Made by a program: the position numbers and the translations under genes
In this document: piece by piece, positions 26,265 to 39,455 of the stretch
Layout: each line of letters opens with the position of its first letter
How positions within the stretch are numbered: position 1 is the first letter of the stretch
The notes under the pieces: generated by a model
Told to the model about the DNA's origin: nothing
Databases searched by the model: none
Seen by the model: only the letters and a program-made list of their open reading frames with translations
NCBI GenBank assembly: GCA_964016885.1
Contig: OZ024740.1
Coordinates: 174,716,001-174,780,000 of the forward strand
Source of the DNA: Eledone cirrhosa
Lineage: Eukaryota
Length of the DNA: 64,000 nucleotides
Direction: 5' to 3'

Positions 26265-29200
26265 TGACATATTGATTTTATGCAGAGGACCAGACTATAT
26301 GGAAGTATTTCGTTACTTTTTAAAAGCATTCTCTTGCACCAGCCATCACAAAAACACACACCTTTTTCCCTATTTACATAGGAAAAAGAATACAAAAAAT
26401 TAATATAAATAACATACCACCAAACATCAACATTTGGTGGATCTTAGCAGGGTTCATAGAGCCAGAAAGTGACACAATTCTTTCGGTCAGGAAGTCGACC
26501 AGACAAAGGAGGGCGGGTACCAATTTTGAGATTCTGGTGCAGATGAGGCCGGAGAGAATCTCCAAAATACCCGAAAAGGTCCTAGTCGACAACAACAACT
26601 ACATTAACATTTCGGTTGAGGGACGAAAACCACATTGCTTTCGTTGCAATAGCACCACACATCTAAAGGCCTCTGCCCTTTACAAACACGCTCAACCAAA
26701 ACAATCCAAAAGAAAACACTGTTACCAACACCAACACCAAAACAACCACCACCACAACAACAACACACGAAACAAGCAAACACACCAAAACAAACAGCCA
26801 CTCAACCAACAACAACAGAAAAAACACAGACAACACCCCTGAAGAACACAGCCCCATCCCATCCCACTCCATTCAACACTACCACAAACACACACACCGA
26901 AACACCACCACCACACAACATACCCCTACCCCACACTCCTGACGATGATTATTCATCGACAGATGAGGCTGCTTCTCCTTCTTTAAGTGAAGAAGAAGGA
27001 GAGCCTCGGAAATCCAAAAAACAAAAAAGAGACACCACAAAACCCCCAAAACTCCAATCACCAACACCAACACACAACCACAGACACAAACAACACCACA
27101 GTCAAACATCCCCCTACCAGCAAAACCAACACCAATACCACCCGAACACAAGAACCCACCATAAAAAGAAAAGTCCCGAACGAACAACAAACAATAACAA
27201 CACAACAAAAACACAAACAACAATACGCATACATCAACACAAACAACAACAATTTGATGGAGGTCATCTCCAAAAACCCCAAAGTGGAGACGGATGGCAA
27301 AACTTTCGTTAAAGTAGGATCGTCTCCACACCTTAAACTTATAAGGGTTTCTATGGAGACCTATAGTGACCTGAAGAATAAATTTTCGCAGGACGTGAGC
27401 AACCCCTGCTAGAAACCCATCAACCGCGTCCTGTTAAAATGTTTCCCCACCCCACCCAACACCCCCTCCAGCACCCAAATGGAGATTGAACAATCCGATC
27501 TCCAGGAAACGAAAAGGAAAGTGCATCTTTTCGTCCTTTTTGCCAACTCTTCTCTACCTACATGACTAGTTTACGAGTTGGAAGCGTGAATGTGCGTGGC
27601 CTAGGGATGCCCTGGAAACAGGGCAACTTTTAAACGACCTTAGGTCACACGGTATGGATGTGATAGCCATCACCGAGTCCAGGATCCACAACAGGCAGCA
27701 ACTAACCCTCATCTTCAATGACTTTGAGATCTACGCATCTCTCTGTCAGCCAGGAGGTGGAGGGGGAGTGGCTGTCATGTTTCGGAGAAACCTGAACGTC
27801 GAAGTACAGCAAGTACACTTGGACCCGGAGGGTAGACTGGTAGTCCTAGACGTGAACAGTATTGGAGGTGGAGCCTTCAGACTGGTGGCCGTTTATGCCC
27901 CGACCAGGCAATCGTAATCGCGGCCATACTTCTTTAAGCGTCTAGAGTCTTTTCTGGGAACGTCTCGCTCCTTACTTTTAGTGGGGGACTGGAATGGTAT
28001 TCTAGTTATACGATGGGACTATGTGTGAGCATGTCCCAGTAGAGGTGGTGTGTGCAACAGCCTCAAAAATCTAATCGGTCAATTCCAACTGGCCGATATA
28101 TATCGACTAGATTTCCCGACTGCACCACAGGGGACGTGGGCAAACCGCAGCGGGACATCTAGATTGTATTTAGATAGGTTTTCCATTAAAGGGAAGGACA
28201 AAAAGATGTTAAGCTGTCCACAAATCCACATGGTTGCCTATTCAGACCACAAACTAGCCATCTGCATAGTCAACCGTGATAGAATACATAAACAAGGACC
28301 CGGATACTGGAAGCTGAACGTGTCGCTGCCGACACGTAAAGCCTACAGTGAACGGATAATTAGATTAGTGAAGCAACAATTGACAGGAGCCATCGTCAAC
28401 AACAGATGGTGGGACTCTCTCAAGTAAGCAATTAGAGTAGAGTCGATAGAGTTTAGCAGAGAGTTAGCCTTAAAGAGAAACAAAACAGAAACGGAACTAG
28501 TAGCCAAGGTAGAGGAGGCGCTTAGGAGTGACAACGTAGCTAGAGTGCTAGCAACGAGAACGGCACTGGACCAGTTCTTCGACGCGAAACACGAAGGCTG
28601 CGCGGTCAGAAGTAAATCACGTGCTCTAGGAAACGAGGGAGCGAAAGCTGTTAGCTGGGCCCGAGTGGCAGAGGCGAAAAGTGGCAACAAGTCCACGATT
28701 CGGTCTTTGAAAGACCAAAACGGACGCATGCTACTTGACCCCAAGCGGATGTGCGCGGCCTTTCAGCGGCACTTTGCGCAACTGTTCGGGCAGAGTAGCG
28801 GTGCGTCCAACGGGGCAATGGACTTCCGTTCATACCTCGACGGCCTGCCTGCCACATCTCTCGAGAATGGACGCCGAGTTCTGCGAAAGACCGGTCACAG
28901 CCACTGAGATACGGGAACTCTGGGCCGCTGCGGGAAACGTAAATCACCCGGTCTAGATGGTCAACCCTATGAGTTTTACATAGGCATGCCGGACTTGTTC
29001 TCTGGCGTCCTCGAGGCCGTCTACTGCAACTGGCCGCAGAACGGGAAATTCCAATTTCTGCAGGCAGGGGCGTAGTAACGCTGATCAGGAAAGACGAGAA
29101 CAAGGGGGACGAACTAAGCAACTTTAGGCCGATAACTCTGCTCAACACGGAGTTAAAGATTTTGGCCAAGGTGTTGGCAACGAGGTTGGCGCTTGTCGTC

Positions 29201-31240
29201 GAGAACCTGGTAGGGAAAGCGCAAACGTATGCAATCCCGACCAGGTCCATACGACAACCTCCACCTTATGCGAAACATCATAGAGAGGGTGCGGTGTAAA
29301 CCCGGCTTTGGTGGGGCTCTGATCAATTTAGATCAGTCTAAGGCGTTCGATAGGGTCGACCATCGATACTTGGAAGCGGTTTTCAAGGCCGGTTTCGGAC
29401 CCGTCTTCAGAGGCTGGATCGCCGCAATGCACACCAACATCTGCTCGATGGTCAAGGTGAACGGCTCCGATAGGTAGCCGTTCACAATCACGCGTTCCAT
29501 CCGACAGGGATGCCCTCTGTCCTCCATTCTGTACGTACTCACTCTAGAGCCACTATTGCGGAAGCTGGAGCTGCTGCAGGGCATTCTGTTGGAAAGGGAA
29601 TGCGGAAAGCGGCATCGGCTTATGCCTACGACGTGACAGTAATGGTGTCGGAAGCCTCCGAAATCGGGGCGATCGGCAACTTACTGCAGGAATATGAAAG
29701 GTTCACAGGAGCAAAACTGAAACCGGACAAGTCTGTCGGTTTGCAACTCGAAACGTGGAGAGGCAAACCGATGCCGTCCGACAGCGTCGTCGGACGCCGA
29801 ACGGACGGACCGGTGACATTGCTCGGGGTCTGGTTCGGTCCAGACCTCGAGGTGGAGAAAAACTGGAACGAGGTCACGGTCAAGGTATTTGCGCTCACCC
29901 AGAAATGGGCAGAGTGCAAACTATCCTTGAAAGGTCGAGCGGAGGTGGCGAACACTTTCATAGCGTCCGTCATCTACTACCGCTTTACCGTAGTGCCTTA
30001 TCCCCGTGAACACCTCACCAAGATAGAACGCATACTCTTCCAGTTCCTTTGGAAGAAGCAGGCTCCACTGGTGAGAAGATCCGTCTGCTGTCAGCACCCT
30101 TCCAACGTAGGGCTGGTAATGCCGTGGCTGATGATGCGCAAGCATGCGATGAGGCTACGGCATCTACAGGTATTCCTCACCGACCCCCAACCTGTGTGAG
30201 CACCGATTGTGTGGCAAGTCTTCCCGCAACTTTTCTCGCTGACGGAGCTGCAGTCCTGGGTCAAGCGAAGACCGAAGAAGATGGGCGCCTAGCACATTGA
30301 ATGTGCTCAGGTGCTCACAGTCCTCTGTCAAGCGGGCACGGCAATCAGTGGAGACTCCACTTCGACATTCTATAGAGAGTTAGTACGTCACAAGGCCAAC
30401 GACGTGCTCGGAGAGACTCTAGGCGTCGAAGACGATGAACTCACCAGTCTGTTTGGTAGGACTTTCCGCCCGGGACCCATGGGCAACTTCCAGAGGCCCC
30501 TGGCCTCGCAGTGCTACTGAGGAGCTCTACCAGTTCGTGACAAGATCTACTGGCACGGACGCCCCGGCAGGGATCCTTCCAAGAGGATGTGTCCAAGATG
30601 CGCGCAGGACATTGAAACCATCCTGGACGCAATTGTACACTGCCCGGGCGTAACCGACTTGTGGAACTACGCGGAACAACTGCTGTCGCGTATGGGGCAA
30701 ATCCAGTTGACTGCCGAGTCCATAGTAAGGGCCAAACCGCCAACTTATTTCAAAAACGAAAGAGAGGCGGTTTTCCTCTGTACGGTGACTATGGTGAAAG
30801 AGGTTATATGGTGGACGAGATTGAGAGGACTGAGGACAGATGCCTTTCTCTCCGGACAACAACTCATTCCATTCTTTAGATACCACTTTAGAAGGAGAAT
30901 CAGAGTGGAGAGAGAGGCACTGCACCCCAGTATATTTACTGAAAGGTGGGTGAATGTGTAAAAATGGCCCGAGTGATTGGGCCTTCTCTGTATATAAACC
31001 TGTAGGTTGAAGAAGAGAGCAAAAGGAAGAAAGGAGCACGTGCACAACACGCTCCTGAAGTAGAGGGTTGTTCTATCGACGGGGTATTAAACAACCCATT
31101 TGTGACGCCTCCCCCCTATTGGCGATTTCGATTGTAATAATCGTTTGCTTTATATTTTTTACACGATTGTATGTAAAATCCCCGGCATGTCTTTGTTTTG
31201 TCCCCTTTTCTTGTGCGCCCTTGTGGCTAATAAAGAAATA
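26265..31240 (+). mobile_element. Tx1/L1-clade LINE copy D, truncated within ORF1, degraded
   Basis: Begins IDFMQRTRLYGSISLLF (cf. copy C ITFVQKGKLFGSISVLM), knuckle CFRCNSTTH, ORF2 from ATG 27562, ends CCCTTGTGGCTAATAAAGAAA. Confidence 0.92.
27562..31005 (+). pseudogene. Copy D ORF2, disrupted
   Basis: APE and RT motifs in several frames; YADD changed to YAYD. Confidence 0.9.
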
Positions 31241-31675
31241 TATCTAATATATATTTTAAAAAGGTTGTGCGTCTGTCAAATTCCCCACCGTCTCACTCAT
31301 TTTTATGTGACAATCTTTTGTCCCCTACTTCCGCCTCACTTCTAGTTGTGTTTTACCTCTCTTCCCATTACTCGGTTTCATATATCAATTGCTCTCCCCT
31401 TCTCTAATGCTATGTATTTCTCTTTTATATATATTTTATATTTCTCTTTCTCACTCACTCTCTCTCACTTTTCTTCAGACTCTCTGTCGTAGTCTTAACG
31501 ACCGCTCACCCTTTCTATAGACAATTTGTCGTACATCAAGTTGTCATTAAAAAAAAAAGACAATATATATATCCATGTGTATGCATATAAATATGTATGA
31601 TTGTGCAGGGGGAATACACACGTAATATCAGATATTCTCGCTCGTACGTACACACACACATAAACATACATACAT

Positions 31676-31957
31676 ACAATCCATTAATGGAACAGTAAAA
31701 ATATGTAAAACATTCCAAAGATTTTGCATCTAATAACTGCATATACACAAGTACAGATACTAAGCACACATACAACTCAAAACATACCCATACGCACATA
31801 CAATAACATCCATATCTACACATGCATGCATGCATACATATCTACCTAGTTGATGTTGTGTAAATTCAAATGAGAGAGTCTTGTGTCTATGTTAGAAACC
31901 GACTCTCTCTCTCTCTCTATTGGCAAAAATTTGTGAAATTATAAAACCAGAAGAACA
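31676..31957 (+). repeat. Dispersed ~290-bp repeat, copy 2
   Basis: Direct repeat of 25200-25495, followed by (ATAC)n. Confidence 0.85.
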
Positions 31958-32088
31958 TACATACATACATACATACATACATACATACATACATACATAC
32001 ATACATACATACATACATACATACATACATACATACATACATACATACATACATACATACATGTATAAATATCTCTCTAGCTGAACGT

Positions 32089-33545
32089 GTGAAAATGACA
32101 ATGGTGAATAAAAAAACAAATAATGAAATACTACGTGTTATTGACGAAATAGGGGATGAATATTTACGACGGATAAAAACCCCAACATTTTGGCAAATCA
32201 AGGTCTGTTTATATGCCTTAGCAATGACAGTGAAGCATTATCTTGGTGATAGCAGAGATATTAACAAGAACAAAACACCACCAAAAATACCATCATATAT
32301 AACTAAAATAGAAAAAAAGAGTGCTGACCTACGAAAAAACATAGGACATGTGATAATGCTCCTTACATGCAAACAAACACAAAAAAACCTCACTCCTCAC
32401 CAACAAAGAGTGAAAAATAAAATAGAGACGATGTGTGGTAACAGTAGAACCAGAACTCTCCAATATAAGCTGATCACCCTCAAATAAGAATTGAGAGCTG
32501 TTAGCGAAAAACGCCGATACCTGAAGAAGGTAGATGAGAGAAAAATGCTTAATAAAAGATTCAGACGAAACCAAACATCAGTCTATAGAGATATGAAGGG
32601 CAAAATAATAAGTGTCACTGAGGCCCCATCCCAGAAAGACATAGATTCCTTTTGGAGAAAAATATGGGGTGAAAAGAAGAATTTCAACCAAGATGCAGTG
32701 TGGCTAAGAGAAATCCGAAAGAACTATTGCTCCTACACTACAACAAAAACATACGAAATAAGTGAGGGTACCCTTGAGACTGTGATAGGAAAACTCCAAG
32801 ATAAGAAAACACCAGGAAGAGACATGATTGTCGGCTACTGGTACAAAAAACTAATATTCTATCGGAGGTATCTTACTGACCTCTACCAACAAGTTCTTAA
32901 GGGAGATACACTTATACCAGAATGGTTGACATTAGCACAAACATTATTGGTCCCCAAGAACAAAGACACCCACTTGGCAAAAAACTACCGACCCATTGCA
33001 TGTGATAACCTGATGTATAAGATGTATACAACCTGTCTGAACCTATTTCTCCAAAATCACTGCAACATTAATTGTTTCTACTTTTGGCACAAGGCCAGCA
33101 ATTTCCCAGTGTATTACTGGTACTTTATTTTATCGACCCCCGTAAGGATGAAAGGCAAAGTTAACCTCGGCGGGATTTGAACTCAGAATGGCAAGGGCCG
33201 TATATCTATGCGTCAAAGCATGGCGTCCGACCCTCTACCGATACTGCCAATTCACCACATTAATGACATCATCACAGATGAACAAGCAGCTGGAAAGAAA
33301 GGTGTTTGGGGTGTGCTGAACAACTCCTAATTAACGAAACTGCGATGTCGGAGGTGCGACAACTTAGGAGGAATATGGCTACAGTTTGGCGGGACTACAG
33401 GAAATCCTTTGATTCTGTTCACCACTCTTGGATGATAGAGGCCCTCCGATCTTCTAAAGTCCCAGACATTATTATCAGAGCCATAGAGAAGCTGTCTTCT
33501 TCTTGGCTACTATCCTAAATTTAAAAAACAGAGAAGGAGGACTCT
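32089..33545 (+). mobile_element. R4/Dong-like non-LTR retrotransposon fragment (pre-RT and RT N-terminal half)
   Basis: FWRKIW, KTPGRDMIVGYWYKKL, NYRPIAC, EQAAGKKGVWGC, WRDYRKSFDSVHHSWM. Confidence 0.75.
33073..33256 (-). mobile_element. SINE family 1 inserted in the R4-like RT, 8-bp TSD ACATTAAT
   Basis: ACATTAAT at 33065-33072 and 33257-33264; removing the insert restores HCNINDIITDEQ. Confidence 0.9.
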
Positions 33546-36500
33546 ATTTTCACTGATATAATAGAAGTAATCCTCACCCTTGTGCCATCTTTGAACTTAC
33601 TTGAACATATTCAATAATACTATTTTACAATAGTTTCTTCTTCACAAAGTAATCTTAACCAACAAAAACAACAACAGTAACAGCAGTAGCAGCATGAACA
33701 GGAACAGCAACCATACAAACAGATCAAAGGTATTCCAGATGTGTCGACAGCATCTATTTAGGAGGTATCCTAGGAACACCTTATCTATCTATCAAACTTT
33801 CGTTTTTGAAGCCTTATAGAAAATTATCATGTCTCTGAACCATTCAAGAAACATGGTTTAGCGATTAGATGGTTATTACATTCATCTTCTCCCTCATATA
33901 CATTTTTCATGGAAAAGACATCCAACACTGAAATATATTCATGGGACTTTACCAGTTTTCTAACAATCAGTGAGCGTAGAGTACAATTTGCATCGGGTTT
34001 TTATGAAGGTGGCTATTTCTGTGGTGTAATTGGAATTGTATTATTTTATGTTGCTTTGTGTGGCATGTTCTTTAAATGCGTATTTATTTATTTAATGTGT
34101 GTAGTGACACTGTTAGAACAGAAGTGGAATTTTAAGTCCCGAAATATTAGGACGAAAGAAACAACAGCAACGAAAAAAAAGCAACAAAAGAAAGATTACA
34201 AGGTAACTAATCTTTTCGTTACCTTCATTTTACCGTCCATTTTGCATTGTTTAGCCTTATATCACTTTCCACAGTATGCATTATATTCAATGCTTCAAGC
34301 AAACTATATTTTATTAGAAGAGGAAGAGTTGATGCTGTTGGCTTGGTGAGGTATGTGTTGGATGATGAGTATTGTTTAGAAAGTAAAAGGAGTTTAGTAA
34401 CAATATTATTACTTCTTGACTTATCCACACTATTTGAAAACTAGGAAGTGTTGAGTAAATTGAAATGTTCCCCAGTGATTGTGATTGTGAGTGTTGTAAA
34501 GATCGAACTAGGGTGTGTAATCTGGTTGGACGGTTTGATGAGATCAAACGGTTGATAGAATCACAGATGATACTGTCTACTTTTTTTTATCTGTAGGGTC
34601 TTATATGCCTAACATCATCCGATGCTATCCACTTTTTTCCGTGTTTGAGGGCTTATACACCCAGCTTGGTTGTAGTCTGCGTTGTAGTCTACGTTGATGT
34701 ATTAACTTTAAGCTAGAATTTTTCTTTAATTATTGCTACCTGAATCTCGCGAATGACGATAAAAATCATTTAACTCCATAAAAGTATTTAATGCCGATTT
34801 CTAGAGTATTTTGTTTTTGTTGCTGTTGTTGTTGCCGTAAGTTTTCTTCTAACGAAGCTGTCCTAACACTGAATGTACATTTATATTCCTCACAATATAA
34901 GAATTTACAGAAGATTTCTTTTGCTGCCATGATCGTGTCCTTCTCATGCATGTAGATTTGTTTCGTCGTCTAAGTATTAAGTGGTGTCATACAAATTATC
35001 TCTGGATCAATGTTATATATTTACTTCCTCCTTTTTATTTGTTCAAATATTATGGTATTGATATTGGTGTAAACATTTCAGATGATAGTTAATATTTTTC
35101 TAGGGTTTTAGATCTATAGCTCTTATCTCATTAAGTGTATAATCAACAACTGGGAAAACATTAGTATCAGTATCCATACCGCAAACATATAGCTAATTGA
35201 TCGATTATATAAGAACTCTTTTTCTATTATAAATCCATTCACATCTAGGATTTTTCATGGGAATATTAAATTGACTGTAGTGCTCTGACCGGTACTTTAT
35301 TTCATCGAATCTAGAATGATGAAATGTAAAGATGACCTCGGTAAGATTTGCATTCGGAACGTAAAGGGCCTTAACTAAATACTGCTAGCATTATTTCTGA
35401 CACTTTAGTGGTTTTGGCATACATTGAGGAATTCTTTTTTCCTTAGGATGCTATTGGAATGGCAGAAATGTTAGAACGACAAATTAAGTGCTTTGCCGCA
35501 TTAAACTACGACCTTCTACATTCAATGTTTCGTCCTCACGAGCGTCGGCTTCTCATCTTTCTGAAGTTGATAATATAAATACCATGCATGTACTGAATCT
35601 GGTGCAGTCTTTCTAGAAATGGGTGGCCTTGTGCCAACATTATAAATCAATATTTTTTTCTTTTTTTGGATAGCATTCATTAGATGCACATTCTTTGTAA
35701 TAAACGTTGTTTTTTGTTGTTTTTGTCAATTCCAAAAATCGTACAAGCAATCATCTAGAGACTTATGAGATATTTTTTACAATGATAGTTGTGTTGTTTA
35801 GGTGTTTGTTCTTTTCTTTTGTTTTTGTTTCGTTTTGGGTTGTTGTTTTTTTGTTTTTGTTTTTTGTTTTGCATTACCATGCTTTCAACGTCAGGCGTGA
35901 ATACTTGTATTGGTCAAACACTATTCCTATGTTTTATTGGAATGTGATAACTAGGATAATGCCACAGTTGATACTACGCACTACACACCACGGAAACTAA
36001 GCGATCACTGCACTAACATCTGGAGGTGGGGCACACACATTCTGAACAATCTTAGACAAACATTTTAAATCTGAACACGAAAACTTCGTAATCAAGGAAA
36101 GCAGGGATCGAGCAGGGAAAGTCACTCTCGGAACAGAGAGAGGTGAAGAATAGAGGTGGGGACTGTGAGATTCTCTGGCTTATTACATGATTTGGCGGGA
36201 GAGAGTTTAGACTGCTGAATGGTAAATACTGGCTCAGTAATACTCTTAGTGCGATCAGAGCAAAAGGTTTCAACTCTCCAAGAGTATCAGGCTGCAAACA
36301 GAGTCAGCCTGCTCAATTGTAAAGTGAAATTGTGATATTTGAGAGAAGGGTGAGCGCATAACTGGAAGAAGGGGGCGCAGATTGCAGGGCTAGCCTAAGA
36401 TATGCGTTGGCCGTGAATACAATGTTTTTTTTTTATACTGGACTCTGATCATAGCATATAACATGCCGTCATCAAATATGCTGTTTTAATGTCCATCAGT

Positions 36501-37111
36501 TACACACTCTTCAAATAATTACGTTTCTTCCTGCTTCCTTCCGATTTTCTAGATTACCAACACGAAAAGCTATTGTTATTAGTATTATGTATTGCGCATA
36601 TTTTAGTACAGTGATGTTTAGCACTGACAAATCTTATATCGATGAACAATATCATAGTTCACTTTAGCTTTATTCCATTTAAAATTTATGTATCCATCGC
36701 TTCTCGAGACGACTGTGACCTTCATTGACTTTTCGTGTTTATTTATACATTTTCCTGGTTATTTCTGAAATTTAGATTGATTAATTTCTTTAAACTCTTA
36801 TGTGCTGCCGGAGTTTCTCACTTGTAGCCTTTAACTCTTGTTTGAGGGTTATTAATTTATATTCAAGTGTTCTCAATTCGCTGTTTCCGAGCATCTTGTA
36901 TTTTTATACTGCAACCTTAGTGAGAGCTTAATAAGTCTTTCCACGTATCCAGTAGGCGACTGTAACTTGACGTTTACTCCATTTTCTGGATATCCACTTT
37001 AAAGGTTTTTGGAAGAGTTTACAATTACTTGTTTCCATGACAACTGTAACATATATCTATACTATAAATGAGAGTGTATGTGTGTGTATGTGTATATGTA
37101 TGTATGTGTGC

Positions 37112-37156
<45 letters not shown>

Positions 37157-37329
37157 GAGAGTGTATGTGTGTGTATGTGTATTTATGTATGTTTATGTTC
37201 TGTTATTAATTCTGGCAATATTACACAAATATGACCCTCCCCAAGTATAACAATATATGTATATATATATATATATGTGTGTGTGTCTGTGTCTGTGTCT
37301 GTATATATATATATATTTTCATTTTCATT

Positions 37330-37523
37330 ACTACCAGCTTGTGGCGTTGGAGACTTTTGAGGGAGTCGGGCCGCTGACTGCGACGTTCTTGTCATCACTG
37401 GCGACTCGTCTAACCGAAGTAACTGGTGATGCTCGTGTGGGTACTAGGTTGTTCCAGCGCATCAGTCTCGCCATTACTCGAGGTAACGCTGCGAGCGTGC
37501 TGGCTTGCCTCAACAATTATTAG
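37330..37523 (+). mobile_element. CRE-like non-LTR retrotransposon 3' fragment (RLE C-terminus)
   Basis: VALETFEGVG...GDARVGTRLFQRISLAITRGNAASVL fits the CRE C-terminal pattern. Confidence 0.7.
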
Positions 37524-37690
37524 AGAGGTTCCAATGTTCCTCGCGATATTGTTATCTTTTGTTCTGGCAGTGGTTCGTTTGTCCACCCTTTTCGCTCGCC
37601 TTTTGATGTATGTGGTCCAAGATGTGTTTATTACCAGCTGGCGTTTTTTTTTTTCTTTTCATTTTCCTTTTCCTTTTTTATTTGTAATAT

Positions 37691-37881
37691 TGGATTGGCA
37701 GTATCGGTAGAGGGTCGGACGCCATGTTTTGCAGCATAGAGTTACGGTCCCTTACGGTCTGAGTTCAAATCCCGCCGAGGTTAATTTTGCCTTTCATCCT
37801 TATGGGGTCGATAAAATAAAGTACCAGTAATACACTGGGATAAAGGCTGGCCTTGTGCCAAAAGTAGAAACAAAATTATTT
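37691..37881 (+). mobile_element. SINE family 1
   Basis: Full head, core and tail motifs. Confidence 0.85.
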
Positions 37882-38708
37882 ATACATCTGTGAACAACAT
37901 TTGTTAACTGCAGTTTGCTTAGTATTTGTATACGTGGACGTAGCATGGCCGTATAGTTAAGAGGTTTGCTTGGCAATCATTATGTCTTGGGTTCCATCTT
38001 GGTCAAGTGTTATTTACCATAGACTCGAGTCGACTCAAGCCTTGCGAGGGAAATTGTGTAAACAGAAACTGTGCAGAAGCCCGTCGGTTGAATTGTACCT
38101 GTAATTCAAAGGCCCAGCCTTGTCACACTCTCTGACATGTTGAATCTCCCAGGAAATGTCTAAGCGTACTAAGAATACTTAGCCACATACACATTATTTC
38201 ACGTGTAGTCTATTCAGTTGATCCAAAGCGATGGAGGATCCATTATTTATTTAGTTGTTTATGTATCACACTGAATCTTCCTGAGAATTACGTTAGGAGC
38301 ACACAAGTTAACTTCACAAGCAGACTGTTCCATAGATCGAATAACTGGAACGCTTATCTTCAAAACCGATGGGGGTTCATTTCATAATTTGTATGCTATT
38401 TATATATCCGTTGGTTCAGTAAAATGTATGTGAAAAAAGAGAAGAATGACTTCTCTGGTGGTTGGTATTCTTTAGTAGTTCAAAGCTTTACAATGGGACG
38501 TTATATCAATAACGTCATAACGACTTGTAAAGATTTGAACTATTAAAGAATATCAACGACCAGTGAAGTCATACTTCATTGTTTTTAGGTGTTTTTTTTT
38601 CAAATATATATACATATATCATCGTTTTTTCCATCTATTTTTCCATGGTTGCATGGGTTGGACGAGTTCTTTTCAGCATAGCGTCTCTCTACTCACCGCG
38701 TTCCTTCA

Positions 38709-38809
<101 letters not shown>

Positions 38810-38890
38810 CAGGGATATCATATTAAAAATATGTTATGCCTTCTTCAGACAAAATACAATATAAACAGTCTTATAAGACTGTTTATATTG

Positions 38891-38965
38891 TATTTTGTCT
38901 GAAGAAGGCATAACATATTTTTAATATTTTTAATATGATATCCCTGAAATATATATAATGAAATA
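38891..38965 (+). ncRNA. Type I hammerhead ribozyme motif (right arm of palindrome 38800-38957)
   Basis: TATTTTGT-CTGAAGA-AGG...CCT-GAAA-TATATA-TA-ATGAAATA; stem I 8 bp including two GU pairs. Confidence 0.75.
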
Positions 38966-39092
38966 AATATGGTTTTATAAATATAATTTCCATTTATTTA
39001 ATATCGTAAATATACTCCAAATACTTGTTGAGTGCTTTTATATCAGTTATAAATATTTACTCGTTGTAACCCAACAATTTAAATATAACTTT

Positions 39093-39125
<33 letters not shown>

Positions 39126-39171
39126 ACACTGAAGCCTTGTACGTTATCCTTACAGTATATATATATATATA

Positions 39172-39243
<72 letters not shown>

Positions 39244-39372
39244 GGGGTCGATAAAATAAACTACCAGTAATGCACTGGTTAATTGCTGGCCTTGTGCCTA
39301 ACGTAGAAACAATTATTATTATTATATATAAGGGAACAAAGAATTAGTGTTGCATTATATACATATTTAATT

Positions 39373-39455
39373 ACATATTACATATGTTTCACTGTCTAGG
39401 AACGGTCGATTAATGATCGATCCTGACTCTAGAATCGGAAACTCCTCAGATATGT
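39373..39455 (-). ncRNA. Type I hammerhead ribozyme motif (left arm of palindrome 39326-39660)
   Basis: ACATAT-CTGAGGA-G...T-GAAA-CATATG-TA-ATATGT; stem II weak next to core; + arm copy 39521-39612 has a broken stem I. Confidence 0.65.

Noticed and set aside
5855-30743. Many antisense ORFs over the Tx1 copies
   Set aside because: Shadows of GC-rich or low-complexity sense coding sequence
31430-31485. CTGAAGA...GAAA on the minus strand
   Set aside because: Intervening sequence is almost all purine and cannot form stem II
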